NCBI GenBank assembly: GCA_000320545.1
Contig: ADNK01002741.1
Location: 7,486 to 71,485 of the forward strand
Direction: 5' to 3'
DNA: 64,000 bases
Source of the DNA: Bigelowiella natans CCMP2755
Taxonomy: Eukaryota > Protista > Cercozoa
Below are positions 26,518 to 40,855 of the stretch, in pieces. The notes under the pieces are model-generated. The model was not told where the DNA came from and made no database searches. It saw only the letters and a list, made by a program, of their open reading frames with translations. The position numbers were made by a program, and so were the translations under genes. Within the stretch, counting starts at the first letter, position 1, and the number at the start of each line of letters is the position of its first letter.

Positions 26518-28728
26518 ACTCCGCAAATCCACGTCGGAGAGATGAAGAAAAACAAACGGCATCTTTTTCACTCTTCTACATTTCTTACCTGCCCCCAGGC
26601 GGCGACGTTCGGGGCTGACATCGTAGCAAGCTACATCTTCTCCTCACCTGTTCCAGAGGCACCCTTGCTCGCCAGGGAAGGAGGGGGCGGGGAGAGAGAG
26701 GCGATCTCCACTCACAAAGACATTGACGACGTGGACGTCGAGCACCGGCCGCCATTTACCTCTCCGAGTGGCGATGATGCGAGAGAGGGCAACAGCGACG
26801 GTGAAGAACGGAAATATGCTGTGCCAAACACTGACGATGCGCCCGCATCTTCATCGTCATCACCGGCTTCCTCTTCCTCTTCCTCATCCTCTTCGCAGCT
26901 GCTGCCAAAGCATGATCCAATGGCATTGTCTTCGTCAGAACTATTAGAGCCGCATCGTCAAGGGCGGGGCAGGGGTGGTGCGGTTGCGGAGGGGGGGGAG
27001 ATGGTGACGGCAGCCTCCTCCTCACGGGCTGCCCTCTCCAAGCTACTCAACGAGAGTGACGCTCTGTCGGCCCACTTGCAGTGCTTTCAGAACCAAGATG
27101 AGCGGGTAGCGAATTATCATCCAACGGGGCCCTTTCCCCCTAGGGCAGTGTACTGTCAGTGACGCTAGCACCCCGGCCATTATTCTCATTATCCTCTGCC
27201 CCCTTTCCATTTCGCCCCACTTCCTATGTGTTTGTTATTGTTGTTGTTGTTCTTTTTTTTTTCTTTTTACGATATCCTCCCACTGCAGTGCTTCGACCGC
27301 AGTGACTACCCGGGTGCTGGTGGGGGACTTATCATCATGCAAGTATACTGTTTCTTTCCTCCCCCCCCCCCCCTCTATGTGTGTGTGTGTGTGTGCGCGC
27401 GCGCGCGCGTGAATCCGTTGGATGTGCATGAATAAGGCGGGGGGTTGGTGTTATGTGGGATGGAAAGTAGGGTTATTGCCCCGCTCTTGCCTCTTCTGAT
27501 ATCAACACCATCCAACGACACCGAATACGCTGATGAGAGGTCATTCCTAATCGCCTTTATCTCTATCTTCCAGGTCACAAAACGGCTTCGAGTGTGGGGT
27601 GATGCGATCTTGTGTGCGAACGGAAACAGAGGCTTTTACGGCACAAACGACACGCAGCTGCCCCCCCCCACTCCCCCCCCCCTCTAAGTCTTTCCGGCTG
27701 GTGAGAAACGACTCTTCGTCGATGAAGTCCTCCCGATGGTATCATAATGCGCCGTACATATGGGGGAGGGGCAATCAGGAAGAGGCAGAAGAAACGGAGT
27801 CGCTATCTTCGTTTTTTGTGAAACACGGCGTGGGCCTAGAAAAGGGGCAAAGTGAGGGGGGGGAGATGGCCGAACATGGTCTCCACGACGCTGCAGATCT
27901 TCAGCATGCTGCTGGTATGATCAATTAGCGAAATCCTCACAACACATTAATCGCGAGCATTGTTTCTCATTTCTTGCCGACCTCCCCCCCCCCCCCCCCT
28001 CTGACTAGGGCACAACGACTACGATTCGGCGGAATTCGCTCAGACGGAGACCCAGGCAGGGGGTGGGGAAGGTCAAATGATCGATGAAAACTCTGAAACA
28101 GCCTCGAAAGGGGGCGCTGGGAGCGACCCTGCTCACAACGGCAGAGGTAAGAATTGGCCCGATGGCATTACTGACAACGACGAAGAGGGAACGTCCTTCT
28201 CGGAGAAAAGCGTTGAGGGTCGCAGCAGAATCTCTTCGCGCCCTCGACAAGCCCCTGCAGGCTATCTGCCTCCTCAAGGAGGCGGCGCGGGGGGTACCAT
28301 CATTCTCAAGCTAAAGGAAGATGCGTACGTGACTGGAAATGGTGTTATTGAGTGCCACGGAGGAGATGGCGGGATGGGCGGCGGCGGAGGAGGAGGAGGG
28401 GGTAAATAAATGCTACTGATGCATGAACATGGGAGATTTTAGGGTTGGACAAAACGCGCGCGTCTTTCTCTTTCCTACAGCCGAAAAGCAAGCGAGCACG
28501 CGAGCGGATTTCGCTCTAATTGCTTTTGTTCGTCGTGGCGTTTTGTTTGTTGTTTGGTTGTAGGAATCGTTGCTTTGGAGAGGCAGCGAGGGCTGCCGAA
28601 CCTGCGAGACAGCTTCTCAGGTAGGAAAAGGAGGAGGAAGAAGAGGAGGAGGAGGAGGAGGGGAGCATAGCACAACATCCGTGCAACCGAATTTTACTTA
28701 TTCACGTGTGGAAGAGTATAAATATCTC

Positions 28729-28768
<40 letters not shown>

Positions 28769-28852
28769 TAAAGGAATTGAAAGCTTCTTAAGTTTCGCGT
28801 GCCTATTTGCCCTCGTGCCGTGTATACACACATACTATATATGTGCATACTG

Positions 28853-28902
<50 letters not shown>

Positions 28903-29024
28903 ATATGATAAAGTTGAATCAAATAGACAGATCTGTCCATATCCCCACCCCCTTCTATTCTCTGTTCTACCCTCTAGGAATAGTGTCCACGTATCCAGGG
29001 TTCGGTGGCGGTCAGGTATTGCGC

Positions 29025-29061
<37 letters not shown>

Positions 29062-29661
29062 TATATTATATTATATATTGATATGTGTGTATAATATAAA
29101 TAATATTCCAACACGCTACTAAGAGTAAAAGAGAGCTGAGAAAGGCGTTAGATACTTTGCCGACGCCCGCCCCCCCCCCCTCAACAAGGGATTCGGCAAG
29201 TTATAATGCGTATTCGGCGTTTATTACTCTTCTTCCTTAGGGCCTGGGGCTGGATGGAAACGAAGGGTTACGTGTGCACGAGCCGCCGTGTGAGGCCGGT
29301 CATTGGCGCCACCAGATTGTATGCAAACCGTGCGGGCCTCCACCGAAGAACTCGCACTACATCGAAGGTCACTGCTGCGTGTGTGCGTGTACTAAACGTT
29401 GTCGTGGCGGCGGCAGTAGTGATTCTCATAGCGCACTCACAGCCGCCCCAGGCCAATCTTGGACACCGGGCATTTGGTTTTTCTCCCTTGCTAGCTTGAC
29501 CGTTTTCCCCTTGGCATTGCAATGCGAATAAATACCGCTGAGCTTTGCGGCTGGGACAACGAAACGCGGAGCAGCGCGAATTCGGTGTGGAAAGTTGTTT
29601 AGCGAGAGTCTCCTGAGATGAAGCTCGAAAGCACAATACGTTTCCAATCATTGTTCCTTTT

Positions 29662-29702
<41 letters not shown>

Positions 29703-29868
29703 CTTGTACCTGTGGTAGGAGATGGTTGCCAGTATCAGTGTGACCCGGGATTTGTCCTCGCGACAGACGATACAGGACAGGAGTTCTGCGACAAGTTAAT
29801 GTCACTTACTTCTCTCATCGCAAAATTCGGTGAGTCAGATGGAGGCTATAAATTATAATATATAAACA

Positions 29869-29903
<35 letters not shown>

Positions 29904-32900
29904 TTGAGGAAAGGCAAGAGAATAGAGGCGATTAGAAAAGAGAGGGAGAAATAGATGATTATTCGTCTTTATTAATTTGTTGATTATTTATTCATATATC
30001 TTATCAAGGCGGGCCCGTCTTCTTCAGTCTTTCTGTATTCGGCATTAGTGCTGCAATAGCAGCGCCATTCGTCTGGTTGTTTCATAATAAATGGATATTA
30101 ATACTATACCTTAATATGGATTTGGCAGTCTTAGAGACTTGCAGCATGAGTTTTGATGACGTCTGGAGTTTTCCCAATCCGAGTCGATAGATGTATAGTC
30201 GCAGATCGACCCAGCATGCAATTTAGCCCTTTCCACTGGACTTTCTATTATGTTTCATGACTCCGAGCATCACGCAATGAAATTGTGGCGTATTCATCCA
30301 AGGTTTTACTACCGTTTCGAGGAGCATGAGCGCGAATTGACGCCGATGTACATGTCCCGTGCCAACCGCCACAATTTCCGGGCCATACGGCAGTTGCGTA
30401 TGTATGGTGAAGGACAAGGTCTGAACGACACATTTTAGCACAGAAATGCACGTATACAACACACACACACACGCGCGCGCACATATGAGTTTGTTGTAAT
30501 ATCATCTTTGATCGTCGATAGGCGGGGAGGGCGGCGGATCTTCTGGAAACGGCAACAGCAGCGATATCACATGGCCGCGTCTTTCGCTGCTGCACTCGGA
30601 GCTCAAGTACCACCTCCACCGCGTCTACCTCACGGGCTTTAACACCTTCAGCGAGCCCCTCACGCTGCTCTTCGAAAACGGGGATGGCCAGGTGGTATTT
30701 GACAACTGAGTTCCAAAAAAACACGGGGGGGACACAATGGAGTTGTGGAGGAGATGTAATTAGTTGGGTGCACTTGTTGCGGAGAGCTTATTATCAGCCA
30801 TGCCATACCACGCGGTTGTCTTTGCCTGCCTCGGGGACACTCTCAATACACATAACAACACTCTTGTGCGCGTGTGTCTTCATGTTGATCAGGAGGACCT
30901 CCTTCCCTCCACGCTTGGGCCGGCGTTCGTGCTAATCTTTCCGAGGAGGTTCCGGACGTTTGCAAAGAGACTCAATGCGGCGCTGCGGCTGGCGCTGTGG
31001 GAGAAGGTCCTCTACCACCTTCTCGTGGTTCTGTACTTCCCGCTGGCCAAGTGGTTCGTCTCGCGCCGCCGCCAGTACCGCATCCGACGCGCCCAGGCGT
31101 TCATGCACAGCTATGACCACGACTTCTTCAAGTCCTCCACCCAGAGAAACATGTGCAACTCCCTTCGATTCGGGTAGTAGTAGTAGTAGTAGTAGTAGTA
31201 CACAACGCTGCTGAGGGGCTGGGGCATTCGTTACGTGCTGCCTTGCCCGATGAGTTTTTTCCATGCGTGGATGGAATGTATGGGGGGATAATGGGGTCCT
31301 TGTATTCAAACGCAAGCATACACTCGCGCGCGCGCGCGCGCACACACACACACACACAGGGGGGGGGGTGGGTTGGAAGGGAGAGAGAGGGGTGGGAAAG
31401 GGGGGGGGTTAACGAAATTCAAAGGTGGAAAAGAGAGAAAGATTGTATATACGCCTGTCCACAAAACTAGTCGTTCATCGATCGTCGTGATAGATGTTAA
31501 GTACTATTCTTTCCTCGGCCCTCTTACGCCGCTCTAATGCATGCATGCATACACACGCACGTGCGACCTCTCTCTTCCCAGCTACTCGCGATGCTCAACC
31601 CTGGCCTGGATTGACATCCTGGTGTTCGACCGGGTTGTGAGCGAGAGCAGGCGACTACGACTGGGCCCCAGAATGCCTTTCGCCCTCCTTTGCTCTGGGA
31701 GAGGCACTTACGAATGCCCTTTTCATCTTGAGGTAGGTGTACTGCTGCTGCTGCTACTGCTGCTGCTGATGATGATGATAATGATGATGATGATGATGAG
31801 TGGTTTTCTCCACCCATCTCTTCGACGAGGAGGAGAATGGCGGGCCGCTTGCTGCGGCTCTGTGGTCGTCGGTGTTTACATCGATTGCCGAGAAGCTCTA
31901 CAGATGCATATAACACCTTGTGGACGATACGTTGATGTTTCGAATTTCAAACGCTTACAGTGCTGGTATCGCCCTCCTCCGCGTCTTATGTAGATATTCT
32001 GCGCAATTCTATAGGTGGAAGACTCCATGGTACGCAAAGCCGGAGAGGTGTTTGGGTCTGCTTGGGGCATCTTCCTCGTGCACATAAATCAATACCTGCG
32101 AACTATCTCGCAAGCTGATATCGAGTTGCTGCATAGCATGCTGGTATGCAGAGGGAAATAGAGAGAGAGAGGGAGAGAGGGAGAGAGAGAGTATAGGGCA
32201 TTGTTGTTTTTGGTATTTTTGCATAAACATGTCCGGTGTGGTTTCTCACTCTTCTTCTTCTTTTGTCTCTTCCCTTCCCGCTCCTTTCCCTTCCTCTTCG
32301 CCTTTTGAAATATATTCCCCCCCGTTTGTTGGCGCGAGGGTCTCTCTCGTGATGAGCTCTGACATGTTTGCATATGTGTTACGAATCTGCCATGCGAAGG
32401 TGGCTTCTCAGTCTCCGCCATCCTCGAGGAATGGAAATGGTGACGTATTCTACGAGACAACCCCCGTGGACGGCAGTGCCCCAGCACAGAGCGGCGTCGA
32501 GCAAAAGCCCGCTAGCGTTGTGTATCTTCGCAATCCTCAGAATCTGTTTCAAGACCCGAATACTAACAGCAGCCGCTCATTTGCAGCAGCCCCAAATAAT
32601 GACAGCAAAACGGCAAAGGGCCCAACGCGCGCTCGAAGGTTTGTTCGCAACTAGATGTTTTTCGCAATACACATGTGTCGGTTTGGAATTTCAGTCGGTG
32701 GTCATGGATACGTCGATAGCTGCCCGTCGCTGATCATAAAATCCAACGACAAAACCAACGCAGGCACATCTCAGACGAGCATTTATCGCGCGGACGCGTG
32801 CAGGGACGAAAACTCTCGCAGGCTGTCCAAAAGATCGAGCGAGACTACCAGGTTTGTTGTGCCGGTATTCTTTAGCCCAACCGGTCACGCTTTTGTCTTT

Positions 32901-34893
32901 CCTCATTAAACACTTCCGGCTGTCTATGTATAACGTACTCTCACGATGCTATTTCGGCGCGCCGCGGATGCATTTCACAGTCTTCGGCTCTGATCTGCGG
33001 CACCGGCACGAGGAAACGACTCGCGGACTTGTGCTCAATGGTTCGTCAGTTAAAGGCTGGGTCGTTTGGCCTTGAGCTCGGGGTGCAGGTGCTGCTGTAC
33101 TTCGGCCGATTCTCGGCGGAAACTTGCCATTTTCCTGCGAGCTAACTCGTTTTCCATTATTTTGATTCTTTTATGTCTCTTTTGGCGCGAAGGTCCAGGA
33201 GTTTGTGCCGAAGAATCTCCGTTTCCGGCCCGTGCTGATCGTTCTCCGGCGCAAGCAGGAGGCGAAGGTGAAAAGGACAAGACAGGTAGCGCAGCCGCGT
33301 GCCCATGTTTTTCGCAATGAACACCTGGAATAACGAAGATATTGGGGAGAGAGCAACATGGCTGATGCCGCGAGCAATTATTTTACAACGGTCTTTTATG
33401 TTCAGGGAAATGGTGGAAGAGACACCAAACACGTCTCCGCTACCCCGCCGTCATTTGATAGAACGAAGAAGCAGGCCGTGCGGAACAACGCCGAGAATTC
33501 GCGAGAGGTGGGAGAGGGGGGGGTCAAAGAGCCCCTTGCATCTAAGGCACGGCCTCGCATAAAAATGGCGGACAGCGAAGACATGGCCGACCACTTCTTT
33601 GACGATTTTAAGCGCCAGGTGCGAGCCAGCTACGATGCGATCGAGGAAGAAGAGGAGAAGGGGGGCGGGGGCAAGGGCGGCATGAAGGCCTTAACAGCAC
33701 CACCTGTAGATCAGGAAAGTGCTCTTGCTGATGCCGCAACTACTCTTGCTACAAGCGATGTTTCCCCCCTCCCTTCGACGTCGCGCCCTGCGTTGAAACC
33801 AGCCATTGCACATCACCAGCCATTGCTACGGTCCAAGAACAGCGCATGGGCTTCGTGGAACATGGGCGCTCTTGCTGACACCGGTAGCATGTTTGGCAGT
33901 GAGCAGACTAGCGAGGATAGAGTCCCTCAACGCCCCTCTTCCTTTGCGTCCCAAGTACAAAATGAGACGATTCCTGACGACGGTAGGGGGCCCTGGCTTG
34001 ATATTGTATGCTTTCCGCGTTTGCTCTCGAGCGTGCTGTCCTTCCATTGTACCTGACGTGCTGCTTCTGCAAAACAATCCATCAGGCATGAAGAGTTCAT
34101 CCGCAACCTCCTCACGGCTGCGAGCAAGTCACGAGGAATCTGAGACCGCCGTAGAACAATCGCCTGCAGCTGCAGAGCCGCCTCCAGGTTTTACATGTTG
34201 CTGGAAACGGAGGGGGGGATAAAAGAGGAGTGCAGACATATAATTCTTCTCTTCATTCGAAAATATGCTCTCCTTCATCTACCGACCTTTTTCAGCACTA
34301 TTACATACGCAATAACCCCCCCCCCCCAACCCCCCCCTTCTATTTCCTGGTTGATCCTCAGCTCCCGAGATTCGACAGGTTGGAGCGTTCTCTGAGCAAG
34401 ACGCCCCGAACCAATTGCTAGAAGCTCGCGTCCGCACTGGGAGCGCAAGCGATAGTTTTGATAGTAAACTCAGCGATGTCAACGAAGACAAGAATGGCGG
34501 TGGCCGTCCGTTGACGAATGCGGAGAGAGCGGGCGCCGCGCAACAGCTGCGCAGAGCCAGACGAAGTGAAGCCGACAATAACAGTGGTGGCCTGAGCTCG
34601 TTTGATTTCGCGATGAAACGGCGCGGGGGGGTCGAGAACGCCAGAGACGAGGCTGAAGGGCATACATCAAGTGATATGCGATCTCGCCACTACTTGCAAG
34701 GCGAAGAAGACGATGATCTGCGTTCAATTTCTCCATTCCCCGACGAAGATTCGATTGACGCTCGTAGGCATGTCAGCAACGGCAACAATGCAGCGCATCA
34801 GGTTTTGTACTGTGTAGGCTCAGATATGTGTCCTTTGATTATTGGTGGCAGTAGCTTCCCTGCTCCTCCCAAGCGATGGTAACGATACTGTGA

Positions 34894-34932
<39 letters not shown>

Positions 34933-36774
34933 ATTCTCAGTACAACTCGATCGAGGTCGACGAATGGCGAGAGGACTTAATCATGGAGGATCTCATCAGA
35001 CGCCATCGCTCTTCCGATGCCAGCACGAGTAGCCACGACGACTCCGGGGTACTATTCTCGGCACCACGTTTACATTGTGTGAAGGCGTGACGTCGCGGCA
35101 AAAACTAAGGAAACACATCCATATTTCACATGTACTCAGGTGCATAATCCGTACGGAGGCCGGTTTCCCCCGTTCCAACCGCAGCTGACTCCGATCCCTT
35201 CGAATGATGGCAATGGGGGGGGAGGGGGGGGGGGGCAACAGCTACTACGGCAGCACGATGGTGAATCACGAGGTGCCCCACCACGCCCACCCCCCTCCTC
35301 CGTTCGTTTCGAGGCCAGGCTACTTAGATGCCACACTAGACTCTTCCTTCGAGGACGTCGGCCCCAACGACTCAGCCATGCTCGCTCCGATGCACTATTC
35401 AGATAGGCATCAGCAGCATCGCATGCCTCATCACCAGCATCACCATGACCACCCCCAGCATAGGAAGGCTGCGCCCTCCGTTCCGTCGATCCTATTTGGG
35501 GGAGGGGAGGGCGCGCCGTGGGGCGCTCTGGAGGCCATCCGAAGCCGGACCGAGGACGATATCGACGACCGCATGCCCCCGGGTATTTGGCCGCTCACGC
35601 CAAGAGAGCGGGCCAGTGAGTATGGCGGTGGGTTCCCACAATCGCCGTCTGGGATATGTGAGTGCATCAGCGGCAACACACAAACGTGGTGAGTTTTCGA
35701 AAAGCCTAGTAGTGTAACAACAATAAAGTCACGGGTCAGGGGGGGGGGGGAGGTAAGGGGGGGAGGGAGGGGGGGATATGATTTCGTTAAGGAGAGCGAG
35801 AGAGATCAAGCGTTGACGAAAAAGGTAAAGGTGACGACTGAAGACTTATAAGCCGCTGTATTACAGATCGTGAGTGTCTGAAATATTCTGCCTCTAATTC
35901 CGAGTCGTTGTCAATGCTGCTATTACTTCGTAGGATATTCACCAACCAGGTCGCGTCGAGGCAGAAATGGCACTGGGCGATGCTGCTGCTCGCACTGGCG
36001 ATTGTGCACGTTTGGGTGGATTTCGTTCTCTCGGTAGAAGCAACAAATGCCAACTAATATGAACGATCGGCTAAGTGCAAAATAGGAATCATCCCTCGCT
36101 TATTCCGGGAATAATGGGGTTTTATCTTCCGATGGTTCCTTTTCGCGCAGGTCGTTCTGGTGGAGCACGTCGATATTGCATTTTTGGCTGTAGTGTTCAT
36201 ATTTCCCTTCGCTAGCTATATCTCCCCCTTCATCGGCCTGGCTTGTTTGCTTGTCCAGTCTCCCGAGCTGGGGCGGTACTTCGTTTCCTTCAACTTCATC
36301 TCCATTGCGAATGCAGCGGTTGCGCTCCTAGTGGCCTTCATGCTTAGCGAGCCGGATATTGTTGCGATGACGATGGCCGGCTTCCTTATCACCATCAAGC
36401 TCATGCTCAGGTGGTTCCACGTGCTTTCGATCCCGACCCAACACCATGCCTGCTTGTGTAAACTCTTGGGACCAACATGTTTGTCGGCCACTTGATCGCC
36501 CAGCTATTCAATGCGCGTCTGTGTGCGTCTGAGTGCGTGTGTGTGTGTGTATGCGTGTTTTTCTCTCAGTTGGGTCATGAACCAGTACGTGGCGCATTTG
36601 GAATGGATTAAGGACTGGAAGCTCTCGCATCAGCGCATTGGACACATTGGGGGCTTCGGATCGATGCGTTTCAGCTTAGCGGACCTCGGGCCGATATCTT
36701 CTCAAAAGATGCCGAATGAAGCTGCGGAACGGTATCAGTCGTTCCATGGAGCATACCGCAGTATATCAAGATGA
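22032..36774 (+). CDS. Very large glycine-rich membrane protein of the plant/protist At5g11700/At4g32920-like family, with N-terminal discoidin-like domain
   Basis: A signal-like start MVQHAPIAIFYLALMI (start uncertain) is followed by NASGMGY..GPGKG, CGGGGNGG and [21 protein letters not shown] repeats. Then come Cys-rich CEAGHW..CKPC..CQYQCDPG, LIAKFGGP, WEKVLYHLLVVLYFPLA..RR..SYDHDF, LAWIDI, PFALLCSGRGTYECPF, and C-terminal TM helices ending KLML-SWVMNQYVAHLE. These parallel the family motifs as recalled. Confidence 0.8.
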
Positions 36775-37415
36775 GTTTCGTTTGTATCGTCATACTTTGT
36801 AAATAATAATCAGCACAAGCAAGTTAGTTGAGGCTTGCAGCTTTATACGCAACGAATTCTAAAACTAGAATAGTAGAATGCATCCTATAACATGTTGAAG
36901 TAAGCTTTCATTTGCTATTGGTCATCTAGCAGTCTAGCAGTGCAATGTCGTCAATAAATGATGATCAAATAAGCATGAATTGCTAGCCTGTGTCCGGACT
37001 AGCTAGCTAGCATACGCATTGCGCATGTATGGGCCTGCCTAGCTGCTGTTGGCAACGTACTTACTAGCTAGCTATATGATGTGATACTAGTAGCGCACGT
37101 GCATGTGCGCTGGCAATGATAGAATGCGCGTATACCAGTCCAATCATCGTAAAAAAACGATGAAATGTAGTGCTGCAATACTTTTATTTATTAAAAATCA
37201 ATATCGAATCATTCTCAGTAAGATGCGGGTAGTGTACTTTAATGGATTCTAGATCACATCTGCAGAGCAGTCCTCCCTCTCAAATTACAATTCCCGGCTC
37301 TGATTCTCGGGCCTTTCCTGCGCCGCACTGGCGAAGAAGCCGAATAGAAAAGTCCCCAAGGACGAGAATTTGCTTGCCATCAACAATTTGAGGCACAGTC
37401 GTCGGGCTCCGAAAA

Positions 37416-37856
37416 TCAGAGAGAAAAAAAGGGAAAAAAACGTGCTGACCAAATAACTGTAGATGAATGCGTTGAACGCTCGAGACTAAGAGTCGAAGAA
37501 ATGCGACCGCATCTCCCTTCCATATATGTAGTTTTCTGTACAAAAACGGGCGCGGTTTCCAATTCTGTACGGTAGGTGACTTGCTCCCTCGCTGTACCCC
37601 AATAAAAAAGAAAACGGAAACAAGACGTTTTGTCCAATTCGTTTCTATGCGAAGACGCTGGTGGAACTCGGTGATGTTATCGAGATATTGTGAACGTAGT
37701 CAGAAGAAGCAGAAGTAACACTAATAGATATTGTGTACGGAGTAAGAAGAAGCAGAAGTAACAATAGTAGACATTGGCGGTGATTGTTTTGTAGCTGTGC
37801 TAGTAGCTGCAGGAAGAAGACGAATAATGTATGTATGTTTACAGAAAATATACATT

Positions 37857-37936
<80 letters not shown>

Positions 37937-39437
37937 ACATTCATGTGCAGTGGAACTCAGTGGGGAGAATTTAAGCAAAGCTCTCACTTGGATAAATAAT
38001 AACCCCTCGAAGTAATTCCAACTCGCTGGTAGATCATAAGAAAAGAGGTTTGGTTGGTGATGGAGAGGATGAGAGTAGGGAGTGGGCTGTTTGGGATGAT
38101 GACGGGTCTCTTAACGATGAACCGAATGCTCTCAAAAACCATCCCCCTCCCCCCCCCCGACCTCTCGGAAGATCGATATTCCCGATGCTTCCCTGCTGTA
38201 CATGAAGACTGGAGGATCGTCTCTCTCTCTATGTTCATTGAGAGCAAAATATTTCGATGGGCCGGGAGATACAAGATCGGTGGATGATTACGACGATGAT
38301 AGCAGAATGCGGATACGAGTGTTCAAAGAGGAAACCTTGAAATGCGACACCCCCGCTTCTTCTCTGCAAGTAGAAAGGGAGGCTGCCATCTCACCGGCAC
38401 TGTTGCGTACAAGGCTCATCAAACACTCAGGAACGACGCACATTATTGCGCCGAGCTTATGCTACTACTCCCAAATAGCGCTTCTTGGCCAGGATTGCTT
38501 CGCCATCGTTCCCCACGCTTTCATACGGCCGCTTGTTCTTGCGATGGTGCAGCCCTTGGTCGGAGGGGTATGCTGACGACGTTCTCCATGCAGCATCCAT
38601 GCCCAGGTCGTACGGCTCTATTCTGGCAGCAGCAGCAGCATCAGCACTAGCAGCGGCGCCTTTGCTATGGCGGCCATCGTCGAGGTAGTAGGGGTCGTTG
38701 GCAGGGCGTGCTGTTTGGTCCTCACGATATCGTCTACGGCGGCGCCGGCTGTAATGCCTCCTCTGCACCTTCCCTTCCTTCCTCAGGGACCGGTAGTTCT
38801 CTCTGCCACGTGGCCCTTCAACAGCGGCGCGAGACCCCTTGTAGTCGTCGCAAAAGCCCCCTGCACTGTACCCTCTTTTCTCTCCACTCTCCGGCGAGTA
38901 GCGCGGGTCAGGGGAGGGGCGCAGCTCGGGGGTGAAGAATTCGTCCCTTGGCAGCCCCATCTCTGATGCGAAGCTGGGCCGTCTCTGGAGACGAGAACGT
39001 GAGGGAATAGGCAATGGCGGCAGATCGGCATGCGGCCTGTAAGATGCCTTGCGTCTCTCGCTTGGAGCAGGGCGCTGGTAGTAATGCTGCTGTGCAATCA
39101 TTCTATCCTCTTCTGCTGACGAGCCGATAACGAAGTGTTCTTGGAACAATGGGTGGAGTGACTGACGACGAGAAGCTGAGTGTCTACTGTTTTCATCATC
39201 ATCCTCGACCATGTGGAGCCGATTCTCCATTGCGACAGCGTCGTCGTCTCCAGCAGGAAGAAGCTCAAGGGGAGGGTGCGTGGGAGGAATATCAGCAATG
39301 ACGGCAGCAATAGCCTGGAAGATGAGATCATTTTCTCGTTCTGAAAGCTCCAAACCAGCAGATACCAGCAGCGAGAAAGGGTTCTCTTCCGCAGGCGGCG
39401 TCAGAGCCGAGCGGATTTGTGTGCGCAATTTTTTCAT
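37416..39437 (-). CDS. Hypothetical protein (disordered Arg/Pro/Ser-rich N-half plus a small globular C-terminal domain)
   Basis: A 326-aa first-exon ORF with a basic RRRRRR patch splices in phase through GT-AG introns to RRSGGVAFQGFLFEHS / ERDDPPVFMYSREASGISIFRE / RVGITSRGYYLSK / NELDKTSCFRFLFYWG..ETAPVFVQK. No family was recognised with confidence. Confidence 0.65.
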
Positions 39438-40223
39438 TCTCGCTCTTTTCTTAACTCGGTTTTTTTATGCCTGAGAATGCGATTCAACATCTTTGTAAGA
39501 CCGATGCAAAAATGGGAGAGGGGAGTGACTAGAAACAGTATGAGAGACAAGGGGGGGGGGAACCAGTGAACTTTGCAAGAGATAGGAGCAGGCATATTCC
39601 TAGCTCTACTGAATGGAAAACAGGAAAAGGAGATATCCACGCAATGTAGGCCGATCCCATTGCAGAGCATTGGAAACACGCAAGCAGTAGGTTCACGAGA
39701 AAGCATCAGCTGGTTTCCTTAGACAAGTAGGCAGCACTTGGAGTGCGCTTCCGTGGCTACGAAGAACGCTGGCCTCGCTCGCAATTTATAACAATCCGTA
39801 CTAGGATTTGCAGCCGTTATGGAAACAAAAATTTCTCTCTCACACTCCACCCCCTCAGAAGAGACGCAAGTGCTTTAGGCGCGCTACTTGAGGTGATCAT
39901 GGCCCTCCCCCCTACCTTGTAAGTGTTTTGGATTCGTCCTCGTTCTCTCTGGGTTGCGGGGAGGCAAAGTCGTTAGGGTTTCTGCGCGGGGAGAGTCTGG
40001 GTAGAGTCTGGGTTGTGAGAGAGAGAAGAGAAACATTGTGGAAGCTAATATGTAAACCGCCTTGCGTTTTATTTAAATCAGGCGAAATATATATGTCGCA
40101 ATACCTATTTCACTGGAGTTTAGGACTCTGGATGCTTCGCAGAATTTTTTGCATGAGCGAAAGAGAAACCAAACAAGAGAGACGGAAAGAGAGACAGATA
40201 GGTAGTGTAGAGAGGGATACACA

Positions 40224-40265
<42 letters not shown>

Positions 40266-40800
40266 CAGAGATCAATATTGCCAATGAGTACCGGTATACG
40301 TACAAAAAATCCCATATCCAAATTCGATTTAGAGTTACGACATCATCAATGCGGCATTTATTCTACTATTTATCTCTTTTGAGCACTAATGGTCATTGAA
40401 AATTTGTTGCCGTTTGTTTTTGTTTTTTAATTGTTGTACAGGACTACCTCACTCTAGTTTTAGTTTGAGAGGCCATTTTGATGATGAATCAATTTTTGAA
40501 TTTCCAGTGCTCGAAGCCGAAACGGCCCGAAAAATGGGGGAAATTAAAGTGCTTTTTATGGATCCTCAAAGCTCTATTCTTCAGACGGAAATAATTAGTC
40601 TTTGTGCACATTTCTGCCAATTTACATCCCTAGATTATGAAAGACAATTATAAAGGAAGTCAAAGATGTACAAAATAAGTCACTTTTGAAAAAAAACCTA
40701 CGACTGATAATTCTTAAGTTTTCCATGTCGTTAAGTATTTATTGCCTCATTGAGATTCTTTTTTTTTGAAAAGACACTACCTACCGGTACCTATTTCTCT

Positions 40801-40855
<55 letters not shown>

